A stretch of DNA of 63,275 bases, the filler included, from Octopus bimaculoides (lineage: Eukaryota): assembly GCF_001194135.2 (NCBI RefSeq). It is 4 parts of 3 records of this genome, joined end to end, with 100 filler letters (N's around TTAATTAATTAA, not from the genome) between each part and the next. Parts side by side here need not be neighbours in the genome. Positions count along the whole stretch, not along the records: positions 37,399 to 63,275 come from NC_068983.1; 3 more parts are not named here. One strand, written 5' to 3'. The translations under genes were made by a program, and so were the position numbers. Positions 50,531 to 63,275 of this stretch are shown here, piece by piece. The notes under the pieces are model-generated. The model saw nothing but the letters and a program-made list of their open reading frames with translations. It was not told the DNA's origin and did no database searches. Position 1 is the first letter of the stretch; the number at the start of each line of letters is the position of its first letter.

Positions 50531-53182
50531 CCTTTAAATAGTGCCTTTGAAATAGTGACTAATATCGAAAAACTGAGCCTCACTAACATATTTGAATACA
50601 ATAGGAGAGATTTGTCTATATTCACGGCTAATTTAATAACAACTTCATTAAAAATCTTAGGACTAAATACAGAGCTAACAAAATCGGCATCAGGATTGCA
50701 CTTCGTAATGTTTATGTCGAAAGTGATCAATTGGACGAACATTCTCAAAGTAATAAGTGAATAGCTAAATTAGAATGAGAGAATATGCCGAGGAAGTACT
50801 GGCCAAGGATGTAGAAACATGAACGAGGGTCAGTCATTGAATGGGATAATGTTACAGATGACTTATCGAAAAATATAACAGCCAGATATGTATCGCTGAT
50901 AACGAATTTACGAACGGTATGATGAGCAGATCCTGATCAGCTCCCTAATAAAATTAGCCCCTTTATTCTCCGGAGGCATAAGAAATTATACGATAGATCT
51001 AGAGAACCATAAGCCCGATGGTCGACAAAAGGTTAACTGCAATAAATTCACTGAGAAATAAATACTAAATGGAAAATAAATATTGCGAGGAAGAGTGTGA
51101 GGTATGACAATGGCTTGGTGTCCGATGCACTTTAACATATCAAGTAGTGTTGAAAAGATGGCAGTGTTTTAAGAGCGAATACATAATTTCCATGAATGTC
51201 CAATCGGATTATGAAAACAATAGACACAAACAATAGATTAAATTTAACAGATATGATCTTCTAATAAAATTAAATTCTAAAAGTAACGATCATTTGATAG
51301 CAATATGCTGCAACAATTCTACCCTCTCTCCTTTTCATTTCGACATTGGAATCTCAGGTAAAAATACTAAACCAGACTGAAAATGAATTCAATTTCTATG
51401 TCTAGACCATCATACGTCTTTTGCATATAAATGGCTTGAAATTTTCGCTGAAGCTGATAATCGAATGAAAACATTAATGCTGGGTTTATATATATATTCA
51501 CTAGACAGATTCGCCTGAAATTCGAGCTGGTAAATTGCAGGACAGCAATATTGAAGATACCAAAAGTAAATAGAGAACGATAATTTCATGTTATCTGAAA
51601 TATAGAATAATGAGACCAGAAGCAAACTTACAAATACATAAAATATGTTGATAAAACAGAGTGAAACGCGCGCAAAAAAACATCTAAGAATGTTATAACA
51701 AGTATAAAACAGGATGAAGACACACAGAGAAAATGAGAAAAATAGTGATATAGCAATATCACTCATCTATTGCGTTACAAAACCATAACTGCAAATCGAT
51801 CACGAGACCATTTCTGGTGCCGCTTTAAAACTCATAGAAATATTGATGGAGAACTCATTTTGTATTCGATGGTAAAGTACTAAATAGCAGCTCTCAAAAT
51901 AGCATTGTCACATATGCATAATTTTGAACTCCTTTACTGAATGGTCAATATTCACACACACACACTGTTACATTTCTCCCTAGTATCTTTAATATACATA
52001 CTCACACAATATGTCGATGATGGAGAGCTACTTAACAAACTTCCAACATACAGCATTTTTCTTGTATTATATTCTATTTATCTATCAGAAATTATCTTTC
52101 AGTCACAGTATGCGTTTAACATGTCTTTTGTTGAGGTTTACTTCTCATCGTAAAACAACTAAGACTACTGCAGTAAAGTTTGATTCATATATAAAAAAAG
52201 CAAAAACATTTAATGAATAATAAATCGAATTTGCTCAAGATATTTTTGGTTTGGTATGTATCGAAATCATGTGAATAGCAAGAGAGGTCGCCCATGGCAG
52301 TACCAAGAAAAAGAAGCAAGATATTAAATATGATAAAATTGGTAAGGTACAATAATACCTTACGCTATTTCACCGTAGACATGACAATATCTGCAAATGA
52401 ACATCAATGTTTTTCTAACCGAACACCAGTAGATTCCCAATATTGTACACCAACATATAACCAATATATTTTTGGCTGTGCATTATAAATTCCATCGAAC
52501 TCAGAATTGAAAACAACCATGTTGAATTATTCTGAAACTTTAAATCAAAATGCATACTGTTTCAGATGGAATTCTCTATGTCAATTGATTTAAATGATGC
52601 TTAGTAAGGCCTACCACTGTGTGCTAAACATTTAGAAATGTAATATATGGTTTCGGAAAACCTAATTTAAGCATCGAGTATGTGGAAAATGCTATCAATA
52701 ACTTTTTAATTTACAAACATTGTTAATAAAACAAGAAAGACATTAACTTCTAACACTTATTTTAAAATCTAAAATATTTTACTTTATCAAGCACATTTTG
52801 CCGGTAATGTAATGCTATGCTTGTGATGTGCACGATCATTGCTTTTTGGTTTCACATCCGTGCGATCCGAAGTCAAAAGATTTAGAATCTATGTTTGATG
52901 GTGTCTATCTACCCAATTAGAAATAGCAACCTAATCTACATTTAATAACATTTTACTGTCCTGAACATGAAATGGCACATTGTAAGAAATAATGATAGAG
53001 ACGCAACGTATATAAAAATTAAGGTACTATTATTGCTGGAACTCTTTTCATAGTATGTTTAAAAAATTAGCGGGAATACAAGAAGGGCAGCATCCATCTT
53101 ATACGTTGGCGATAAAGGTTAAACCGTATCATATTTATGTTGTTACTCATATATAGTTATAATAATTTATATTCCAGTGATA

Positions 53183-53239
<57 letters not shown>

Positions 53240-54223
53240 TTAATAATGAATGAAACGTCATTATACACGACAAGAATAATACTAAAAATAGCAGTAATGA
53301 TACTAAAAACAATACATGGAAGCATCATACGATTACAATTGAGCAATTAACCAGCGTATTGAATCAATGGTGTCAAGTAGTCTTAGCTGAACCAGCTAAT
53401 TAACGACGTCATTATAAAGTTTCAAAAATGAAAGCCGTATTTGAATATTTTATTGTTTAAAAAATGTAAGCAATGAGAAACAATCAATGATGATAATATA
53501 CAATAATATATGTTGCTGTAGTTTTTCGAATATTGTATCTCTTTGTAAGGTAATTTTGCATTGAAATCAGTGCATAATTTGTGAAAATTGATTTACAAAG
53601 TGTTTGTTACATTCTAATTTGTTGTTTTGCTTTTGTTTTCCTATGATAAAATATTACTGCAAACTATATTGTTGACATTCAGCTTAATAGATTGTGGTTT
53701 AAGTATATTTTGAATATTTCATATAAATATCATATCGAGACCAATATATTTAGATATAATTTTAATACGTATTTCATTTCTTTAGTATTTTAAAATATAA
53801 AGTGATAACTCAGTAAAGGTGAGGAGAAAGGGATATTTCCAGAAACAAATGTTTATATTCTTTGAAGACTATACATACATAGGGAATAGATATTGGTAAG
53901 TGAATCAATGCTATCTATTGATTGGCATATATTATAACAAGCTTGGTAGGGATACGGTCTAGTCGACATCCATTACAGCAGTAGATGAGAAAAAAATAAC
54001 TATGAGTAGGAACATGCAAAATGCATGAATGACTTTTCTCTCTTTGAAATTCAATCTTCCACATTTATAAATAACGAGATCCATCACTATCGTTGCGCTC
54101 CAGCACGCATAGGGTTTAGTTAGTAATAGGTGCAATGTGTAAGGGCGATATATATATATATACACTATGACAATTAAGTGATCGTATTGTGCCTTCGTTC
54201 TGGGACTACAGTGTATGATGTTG

Positions 54224-54276
<53 letters not shown>

Positions 54277-56368
54277 CGTGGTGATGCTGTATATTTTATG
54301 TTGTAGACCTGGTTGTAAGGAGCCTCGCCTCCACAACATAAACAAACATTAAACAGAAAGCAGTAACACGTACGAGACGAAATATCCCGAAATTCAAAGA
54401 ACGTAAGTGATCATTTAGTCATTTACTCAGGAATTCTTCTGATTTTATTAATAAATGTTGCACATTGTAATACGAAGAACGCGACTGACAAGTTACTGAA
54501 AATCGGAATGGCGACATATTATTATATTTTGTGAAATTTCTTATATTTTATATTACCATTCTATTACTATTTTATATTACGATTTATCGTGGCTTAGATT
54601 GTCATTTCAATGCAAATAATGCATGCACATTCGGTATTTATGGTCTGTTGAGAAACACATCACAGCTGCACTTTTTGAAGGACTGAATGCAACTTAGCAC
54701 AGCATGTTAAATTGGCCTTCTTTCAAGAAATGCCAACCTTTGTTCCAATCAATAATGTTAATTGCTGACGAGTATTATACAGTATATCATGAATGGATTC
54801 TTACGGAATCATATCATACAGCTGATAGGAGAAGTGGAAAAGGGAACATCAAAGTGAAGCATCGAAAGATAATTCTCTGTATGGGTACCTAAATATGACG
54901 GAATAGAGCACCGTTTATGGTTACTCTTATACTCTCTGATACGTAATAGCAGCATTTTGCTATTACTAAAGTCCTTATTTGCGCGTCTAACTATGAAGAC
55001 ATGTTACAATGTTGTATTATGTTTTCACGTACACATATTCATGATGCAACCAATGTTAGGTTTGCGACTCGTATGGCCGATGATATAAAATTTATGATAT
55101 TATACATACGTATTTATCTGTACCAATATATGCATATATGTATGTTTATGTGTGCGTATATGGTCATGCATTGATACTGCAGCCGGTTAGTCTCTGTCAG
55201 CCCATTTGGCTATCTGTTTCTGTATTCACGTACATATACACGCTCATGCACACACATACACACTTACATATGAATTTATCTATGCATATTCAATTATACG
55301 AAGAGCGTAGCGTATGAATCATGCATATGAAAATAATTAGACCCCAAGGTGTTCATATTCAACTACACATATTATCCTTCCGTTTTTGCATGTAAGATTT
55401 GATTTATAGAGGATAAATATAAGTTTTACCAAAAAGAATCCGATGAAAATATGGTGAAAAAAAAATGAAGAGAAATATATATAAAACTAGATCAAATCTG
55501 TTTACATTTCTATAAATTGAAAACATTATTCGAAAACATCATGATGTCAAATGTACATAAATGAAATGTTTAATATTACTTCATTTATAAGCCTATACTC
55601 CTTAAAAATAATTCTAAGTAATTATTAGTTTACGTGGAGAATTTGCAATTGAATTTTCATATATGCAGTTTAAAAGTAATATTTAGGAAACAAGTAATCC
55701 ATGGTTCCATACCAGATGTTTACACCGGCTATTTCCGCTGCTAAATATAAAAAATATATATATATTCGTAACATCGTCTTGAAGTAGACTTGATATTATT
55801 ATTTAACTCTCACGGTTTCTTAAAATGACGAAACATTAAGGTAATTTTAAATGTATATTCTAAAGATTATTGTATTTTTCCTTATGTATTGAAATTAATA
55901 AATTTCACTCAAATTCATACTTAATTTCTCGAGATACAATTGACTCGTATGTTCAATTGTAAAGTTCATAAAGAATGTTACTCTTCGAATTTAAGTACAA
56001 ATTAGTGAACTCATAGGTTACAATATAGTAGAATTGTTTGTGTACATATTCTGCACACATTCACAAACACACACTACACATTCGCACACAGAGGCACAGA
56101 CACACACACTCACGTACACATAAATGCACACACAGGCACACACATACACACACAAATATTAGCGTTCGAACAAAAGACATCGGAAGAATGAGTACGGGGT
56201 AGATTCATTGTACTACAAATTCTCCAAGGCGGTGTCTCAGCGTGGCTGTAGTTGAAAGAGCGAAAGAAGTAAAAAAAATAGAAAGTGATCTCTCTGTCTC
56301 TCTCTCTCCCTCTCTCTGGCTATATATATACATATATGTATATATGTAAGTATATACATATACATACA

Positions 56369-56400
<32 letters not shown>

Positions 56401-56435
56401 TGCACGCATATATATATATATATATATTAAACAAA

Positions 56436-56860
56436 AAAAAGGACAACAAAAACCAATTCAGGACGAATATCTCAAGTCGTTTAGGATATTTAATAAGGGT
56501 AAGGTGTATTTGAAGTAATTAATTAATTGATTAATTAACTAATTAACTAGTTAAATTAATTATTAGATGTCTTACAACTGTTTTTGGAATATCCTAAGTG
56601 ATAGGTTTGCACCTCCATTCCCTGGGTATTCCGTCATCAAAGACAAGGCGAGTATGTACGAAAGACATGACATTTCTCGACAGAACTTTCATACATACTC
56701 ACCTTGTATTTGATACTAAGATATCACTTGGGATATCCCCAAAAACCGCTGAAAGTTAGCCATTAATCAATTAATTATTAACTTACAATTTGCCTTAATC
56801 TAATTAAATATTATAAATGACTTGAGATAATCGTCCTGCCTCGGTTTCGCTTTCCTTTTC
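56436..56860. repeat. Head-to-head inverted repeat pair, probably Penelope-like terminal repeats with degenerate hammerhead cores
   Basis: 56461-56540 matches the reverse complement of 56758-56836, 56580-56602 that of 56722-56745, and 56636-56663 that of 56686-56713. The left arm on the minus strand reads UGUCU-UUGAUGA-C-GGAAUA..UAUUCC-A-AAAAC-AGUU-GUA-AGACA. Confidence 0.8.
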
Positions 56861-57189
56861 CTCTGATATATACCTGCTTACTTGGAAGCCTACTACGGAC
56901 CTCTAGCTCCATCCTCACCTGTGAACTTGGAATCTAATGGATGACAAATTATAGCACTCACACAGCGTACCTATTTGCTTAGATCACCAGCGAACTAAAC
57001 CTTTCACATTCGAAGCGTGGACACACACACACGCGCGCATTCTGGCACAAGTTCCGATTAAAAGATTGTTTGGCACTAACCGTCACCGAATACTACGTCC
57101 CTAGCTTTGCTGACACCACGATGTTACCTAAAACACCATATAAAAAGCAAAATGAATGTTTTTTTTTCTTATTGATAAGTGCATGGGAG

Positions 57190-57310
57190 GTCGAAATTGT
57201 AGTTCATCATTTTGCGTCGATAAATTAAGTACCAGTTACATACTGAGGTTGATCTAATCGAATGTCCCGACTCCCCAAAAATGTTGTGCCGTGTGCCGAG
57301 TGTAGAAACG
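57190..57310 (+). mobile_element. SINE family A, 3' half
   Basis: GTCGATAAATTAAGTACCAGTTACATACTGAGGTTGATCTAATCG..GTGCCGAGTGTAGAA. Confidence 0.7.
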
Positions 57311-57429
57311 AATATATGGTGTATGAACTTTCAGTTCCTTTAGATCAGTATGAATCATTCTTAGAGTGAATCCTACTTGTGGATACAGAGTAGATACAAA
57401 TGAAGAGGCAAAGAAAATATTTTCTTTAC

Positions 57430-57860
57430 ATTCTTTTCTACTGCAGGCACAAAGCCCAAAGCGTTTGGGGATTTGGTCAGTCGATTAGATTGACCCCAGT
57501 ACGAAACTGGTACTTAATTTACCGACCCCGAAAGAATGAAAGGCAAGTCGACCTCGGCGGAATTTAAACTCAAAACGTAAAGATTTACGAAATACCGCTA
57601 AGCATTTCACCCGGCGTGCTAACGTTTCTTATTTCTTTATTACTCACAAAAGTCTAAACATAGAGGGGACAAACAAGAACAGAAAAGGGGATTAAGTCGA
57701 TTATATCGGCCCCAGTGCGTAACTTGTACTTTATTTATTGACCCCTAAGTGTTGAAAGGCAAAGTCTATCTCGTCGGAATTTGAACTCAGAACGTAAAGA
57801 CCAATGAAATACAACTAAGCATTTCGCCCAGCGTGCTAAAGTTTCTGCCAGCTCGCCACT
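57430..57860 (-). mobile_element. Dimeric SINE family A
   Basis: Same two-monomer layout and AATAAAGAAATAAG|AAACGTTAGCAC junction as 7661-8085. Confidence 0.9.
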
Positions 57861-58394
57861 TTAAATTTTCTTTACATTAACTTATCATTATATATATATA
57901 TTTTGGATATATAAAAGTGAGTGAATGTCTTCCTCTTACAGTTAATTTTGATCAGTATTACCAGACATAAGCAATGTTAAAATCTTACTTTATTACACAA
58001 ACGATGTGTCATATTTTTTTTGTTTATTAAAAATGTAAGAGCAGTATCTTTCCTATAAGATTTTCATTGAAAATTTATGAAAAACATCTTCACTTATAGA
58101 AACACAATTTTTTCATCAAACTATTCAATACCTTTAATGCGTATGCTAGGAGACAGCGATGTTCTGTTTTAATTTAATGTCCATGAGAGCAATGTGCATA
58201 TTCAAATTATTCTATAGTTTTATTTTTTAAAGAAGCAATATTTTCTAAATCAACCGTGACACTATCGATATAGGGCCGCACAGTGCCTCCACGTGTTCAC
58301 TCAAATCAGATACATTGCTAAAAAATTACTCTCTACTATTTAAGAGAGAAGAGCAGCAAACAATGTTAAGATGTAACGTCTTTAATGCAGCGAG

Positions 58395-58570
58395 ATAGTA
58401 ACAGCGTTAGCATGGCAGGTAAAATGCTTAGCGGTATTTCTCTGAGTTCAAATTCTGCCGAGGTCAACTTTCATTCTTTGTGGGATCGATGAAATAAGTA
58501 CTAGCTGAACACTGGGGTTCAATGTAATTAACTTATTCTCTCCCCCAAACTTGCAGTTTTTGTCCCAAAG
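58395..58570 (+). mobile_element. SINE family A (small internal deletion)
   Basis: GCGTTAGCATGGCAGGTAAAATGCTTAGCGGTATTTC..GAGTTCAAATTCTGCCGAGGTCAAC. Confidence 0.8.
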
Positions 58571-58930
58571 TTTGAAACCAACAATTATCCTGTCTATATT
58601 GTGTGAAAATAAGACGCAATGATAATGGATGCTAATCTTTTGATTAATTATTTACACACAAATAAAAGGCCTATAAGTAAATACTATCAAACAAGACTAG
58701 CTTCTAGATTTAATTCTCAAAATCAATTTTTCCTTTAGATACATTTTCAAACTTTGGAATTTCTAAGATACAATGAAACTTCTACAACAAATTTCAGAAA
58801 TGATTTGCTGTTGAATTTCAATTAAAGTACATTTTTAAGAATAAGGCCGCGGAAGCCAACAACAATAAAGGACTTCTTAGAGATATTAATGAATGAATCA
58901 ATAGGTGGCTAAGCAAAATATGCTTATCGC

Positions 58931-58952
58931 TGACCTCTTTAGCCAAAGGTCA
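58931..58952. promoter_or_regulatory. NurRE-like everted nuclear-receptor element
   Basis: TGACCTCT-TTAGCC-AAAGGTCA is one mismatch from TGACCTTT-N6-AAAGGTCA. A third half-site, TGACCT, lies at 58966-58971. Confidence 0.35.
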
Positions 58953-59369
58953 ATGATGAACTATATGACCTAAGGCTGAATCTATTGTAGCATTCTATAA
59001 AATGATGAATGCTAAAATCTTATTTTCATATAATGCATCTTAGACAGCATTTACTAATGTAATCTAGTTATTAGTGCATTTATTTGGAAATATTTGACCA
59101 TTATAATAGCTTCTCAGTGGTAGCTAGCGGATTGTTTGGGAATAGTGTAATTTGGCTGTTCTTTTATATCTGAATTTTGCATTCATATACCTACATCAAC
59201 AGATGAATATGATAATAGGATAGGAGAAATATCTGCTGCAATATCTACTATAAGTGCAGGCTAAAATTTATATAGCGTCCAGCTTAACTATTTTATAACT
59301 GTTCTGGTAAATAATTTCGCGCGTGTTCCATCAACATATGTTATGCAGTTGATCACAATCATCAATCAT

Positions 59370-59584
59370 ATTCTTTTCTCTTCTAGGCACAATGCCCGAA
59401 ATTTTAGGGGAAGGCAACCAGTCGATTAAATCGACTCCAGTACACAACTGGTACTTAATGTATCGACCCCGAAGGATGAAAAGCAAAGTCGACCTCGGTG
59501 TAATTTGAATTCAGAATGTAAAGACAGACGAAATACCGCTAAGGATGTCGCCCGGCGTGCTAAAGTTTCTGCCAGCTCGCCGCC
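59370..59584 (-). mobile_element. SINE family A monomer (tail 2)
   Basis: Ends ..GTTTCTGCCAGCTCGCCGCC on the + strand, with a full head. Confidence 0.9.
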
Positions 59585-60934
59585 TTAATCTTCATTCTTA
59601 TTGCATGAGTTATATATTAATATTTGCCGTTGATCACTAACATCGCTGTAGTAATTATAAACTTCATTAACATCTTCAACGCGACATTCAAATTTATTGC
59701 TTCCTCCGTTTCTCTTATGGATGATAAGAACTGTATTTTTCTTATTCTAATCAGGGGAGGATGGTAAGGTGTCAGAAAAGCTTCAGCGTTCTGGAGTTAT
59801 GCATGAATTAGAAACCGCCTGTATAGGTGGCAATTTTTAGTATAATTAATAAAGCGCCTCCTATACAGACAATGAAAACTATGGGGATCCAATATTTGTA
59901 ATTTAGTACATATTCTAAAACGATACATTCTTCTTTGTTCCTTCAACATTTGAAATGATCAGTATCAGAATTCGAACATTGTTATTGTTTCTTAAATTAC
60001 TTTCATTAGAAAGAAATCCTTCAATACTTTTATAAATGCATTTATAATTATAAAGATGTTCACATCATATTCTGTATGTATTAGACTAGCCGCAAACGTC
60101 CAAGTTTTCATAAAATCATTAAATGAAGGAAATATGATATTAATTCATATATGAACATTTCCTTCAACTTAATTGAAAAACAAAAATAACAGCGTCTCAG
60201 ATTTTAGCAGTCTTCTTCAATTCTGGATGCGACTTTTCCAAAATATATTTCACAAACAAAAATCAATTATGCAATACAAACAAACGCTAACAATTTTGAT
60301 TGAAATCTTACGACTCTATAAGAATTCTAACCCTTGACATTGAAATAGGAAATTAAAAAANNNNNNNNNNNNNNNNNNNNNNNNNNNNNNNNNNNNNNNN
60401 NNNNNNNNNNNNNNNNNNNNNNNNNNNNNNNNNNNNNNNNNNNNNNNNNNNNNNNNNNNNNNNNNNNNNNNNNNNNNNNNNNNNNNNNNNNNNNNNNNNN
60501 NNNNNNNNNNNNNNNNNNNNNNNNNNNNNNNNNNNNNNNNNNNNNNNNNNNNNNNNNNNNNNNNNNNNNNNNNNNNNNNNNNNNNNNNNNNNNNNNNNNN
60601 NNNNNNNNNNNNNNNNNNNNNNNNNNNNNNNNNNNNNNNNNNNNNNNNNNNNNNNNNNNNNNNNNNNNNNNNNNNNNNNNNNNNNNNNNNNNNNNNNNNN
60701 NNNNNNNNNNNNNNNNNNNNNNNNNNNNNNNNNNNNNNNNNNNNNNNNNNNNNNNNNNNNNNNNNNNNNNNNNNNNNNNNNNNNNNNNNNNNNNNNNNNN
60801 NNNNNNNNNNNNNNNNNNNNNNNNNNNNNNNNNNNNNNNNNNNNNNNNNNNNNNNNNNNNNNNNNNNNNNNNNNNNNNNNNNNNNNNNNNNNNNNNNNNN
60901 NNNNNNNNNNNNNNNNNNNNNNNNNNNNNNNNNN

Positions 60935-60989
<55 letters not shown>

Positions 60990-61396
60990 ATTATGTATAT
61001 ATATATATATGCAGGCGAAGTGAAAGAGAAACGAGTAGATGACAGAGGCGCACATATATATATGTTGAAAGTTGATTCGATATTCAGTGTGAATAGGGTT
61101 TCTTATGAGGCTGTAAAGCAATGATGCTTTCTCAACCAATCAGCTGCTTTGTTGCTAGAACCACAGGTATCGTACAGATATCTCTTCTGAATTATATCCT
61201 CTACAGAATCAGGTAATTCTTTTTCCTTATGCTGAGTCGCGTGTTTTCAGATCACTAATAGAAACTAATGTATTAGACGTGCTATACAGCATCGTGTATG
61301 TATGTATATATATATATAATGAAAAACAGAAGATGAAATATACGAGAATTTATTATTAATCACGATAAATGTTTCAACAAATGTAGCATGTGCGTG

Positions 61397-61438
<42 letters not shown>

Positions 61439-62369
61439 CATGTGTCTGTGTATCTGTATGCATGCNNNNNNNNNNNNNNNNNNNNNNNNNNNNNNNNNNN
61501 NNNNNNNNNNNNNNNNNNNNNNNNNNNNNNNNNNNNNNNNNNNNNNNNNNNNNNNNNNNNNNNNNNNNNNNNNNNNNNNNNNNNNNNNNNNNNNNNNNNN
61601 NNNNNNNNNNNNNNNNNNNNNNNNNNNNNNNNNNNNNNNNNNNNNNNNNNNNNNNNNNNNNNNNNNNNNNNNNNNNNNNNNNNNNNNNNNNNNNNNNNNN
61701 NNNNNNNNNNNNNNNNNNNNNNNNNNNNNNNNNNNNNNNNNNNNNNNNNNNNNNNNNNNNNNNNNNNNNNNNNNNNNNTGAGGAACTTATACGCAATGGA
61801 AACCAGGAAACTGGCCCTAGAGAGTCTGCATAATTCGAGATGGCAACTTTACTTACTTACTTTGTAGATCCCTCTCCAGACACACCCAAATATTTACACA
61901 AATTACTTAAGTATTGTGTTAGGACTACACTCGTGTTCTAGTTTCATATTTTTAGTCATATAAAATTAAGCCATCCAATAGCCTTGCAAATTTTTTGGAA
62001 GACTCATGCTCTTATATCCATTATTAACTTATTGATCTATATAATTATTCAGAAATGGTGATGGGGGATATCAAGATAGTGTCATATGATTATACGTATA
62101 CATTGTGGGCCGTCAGATGTGTTGATCTTTACACATGTTCCAATATAGATACATCGCATTTCGGTAATTTTACTTTAATGCGAGTTTGCACAGCACTACA
62201 TTACATCATCCCAAATAAAACACATAAAATGTAAATATGTCTATACACCTGAATATTCAACTTAGCATCGCTTGATAATTAATTGCTGATATACACATAA
62301 AAACATGAACTTTATGCCATCACTTCGGCCAAAAAATTGATTTCAAATAAAGTCCAATAATTTCCAGGG

Positions 62370-62770
62370 AGAAGATAAATCGATTACATCGACTCTAGTT
62401 TTTAATTGATACGTCGTTTATCAACTTCAAAATTGTATAAGGCATGGTCGACCTCGGTGGAATTTGAACTCAGAATGTAAAGACATACGAAATGCTGGTA
62501 AGTATTTTTCCCGATGCGATAATGGTTTTGCCAGCTCAACGTCTTCAGTTCATCAATAATGTTGGTCACATATTTTGGTACAACACCAGCAATTTTGTGA
62601 GGAGAGAATAAGTGGATCAAATCTAATCAAGCATTCACCCGCTACTTATTTTATCGACTCTAAATGATGAAAGGCTAGGAAGTCGAACTCGGTGGAATTT
62701 CAATTCAGAACGCAAACTCGGAAGGAATGGCTGTAAGCGTTTATCCCGGTGCGGGAACGATTCTCCCTTC
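62370..62770 (-). mobile_element. Two diverged SINE family A copies (~62370-62540 and ~62630-62770)
   Basis: GTCGACCTCGGTGGAATTTGAACTCAGAATGTAAAGAC and GTCGAACTCGGTGGAATTTCAATTCAGAACG. Confidence 0.75.
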
Positions 62771-62992
62771 AATTCGTCAACAGTATTCACAACAATACCT
62801 GCCAGGTTATTTCATATTTTGATGAAGAGTTTGATGATGAAACATAGGTCCTGGTCGAGTTTCACACATGAATGTAGTTGTCAAACAATTAATTTAAAGT
62901 AATTTATCCGAAAATGTGTGTATTTGATAAATACTACATTATTTACATTATCTACATTTGACGGATATTCGTCCTCATCTTGTTTGTTGTTA

Positions 62993-63275
62993 AAGAGAGG
63001 AATTGCTCAGTGCCTAAAACACCGAGCAAAGAATATAAGTAGCGATCGTGATACCCACCACGAGGAAATGATCAAGCTCAGTAACAATCTATTAAGAAAC
63101 AACTACCCCAAGAACATACTATCTACTCCAATTATGAAGGAAAGAGAGGATGAAACCAATAAACTGTCTACAGTCTGTCTACCCTATGTGAAAGGCCTCT
63201 CCGAAAAGATACAAAATATATGCGGCCCATATGACATCAGGGCAGTATTCAAGAGCAATACAACACTTCGCAAAT
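62993..63275 (+). mobile_element. Penelope-like element (PLE) ORF, RT thumb/linker region, running off the window
   Basis: An uninterrupted 94-codon frame, absent from the ORF track because it has no stop: KRGIAQCLKHRAKNISSDRDTHHEEMIKLSNNLLRNNYPKNIL...VCLPYVKGLSEKIQNICGPYDIRAVFKSNTTLRK. It matches the PLE motifs KRG....L..RA, L..N.YP and LPYVKGLSEKI...FK...TLR. Confidence 0.88.

Noticed and set aside
50524-50748. ORF ending ISKALFKGL*, reminiscent of the Lbx KTFKGL motif
   Set aside because: There is no eh1 or SPLxAL motif, a stop follows immediately with no donor, and the rest is low-information sequence.

Overview
Repeat-rich, AT-rich animal genomic DNA with many microsatellite-flanked N gaps. 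The SINE and LINE complement and the 100-bp 'N44-TTAATTAATTAA-N44' scaffold pads suggest an octopus draft assembly (inference, probably Octopus bimaculoides). The only host coding sequence I can support is the last, homeobox-containing exon of an Lbx (ladybird) gene on the minus strand (33404-33804). Its first exon is not recognisable in the 29 kb upstream, and no other NK-cluster homeobox is present. The rest is tRNA-derived SINEs of several modular families (including a fixed dimer), six decayed R4/Dong-type restriction-endonuclease LINE pieces (three stacked in a (TAA)n-rich cluster), RTE and CR1/L2-like fragments, a Penelope-like ORF at the right edge and two long palindromes. The most notable signals are non-coding: a hammerhead-ribozyme-like motif with an intact core (17701-17786, same strand as Lbx), an inverted pair of related but core-mutated hammerhead repeats (56436-56860), a 340-430 bp spacerless foldback, a homeodomain/GC-box motif cluster and a near-consensus NurRE upstream of the homeobox exon. 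All alignments were done by eye. Repeat boundaries are approximate (about +/-20 bp), and family names come from recalled motifs, not database searches.
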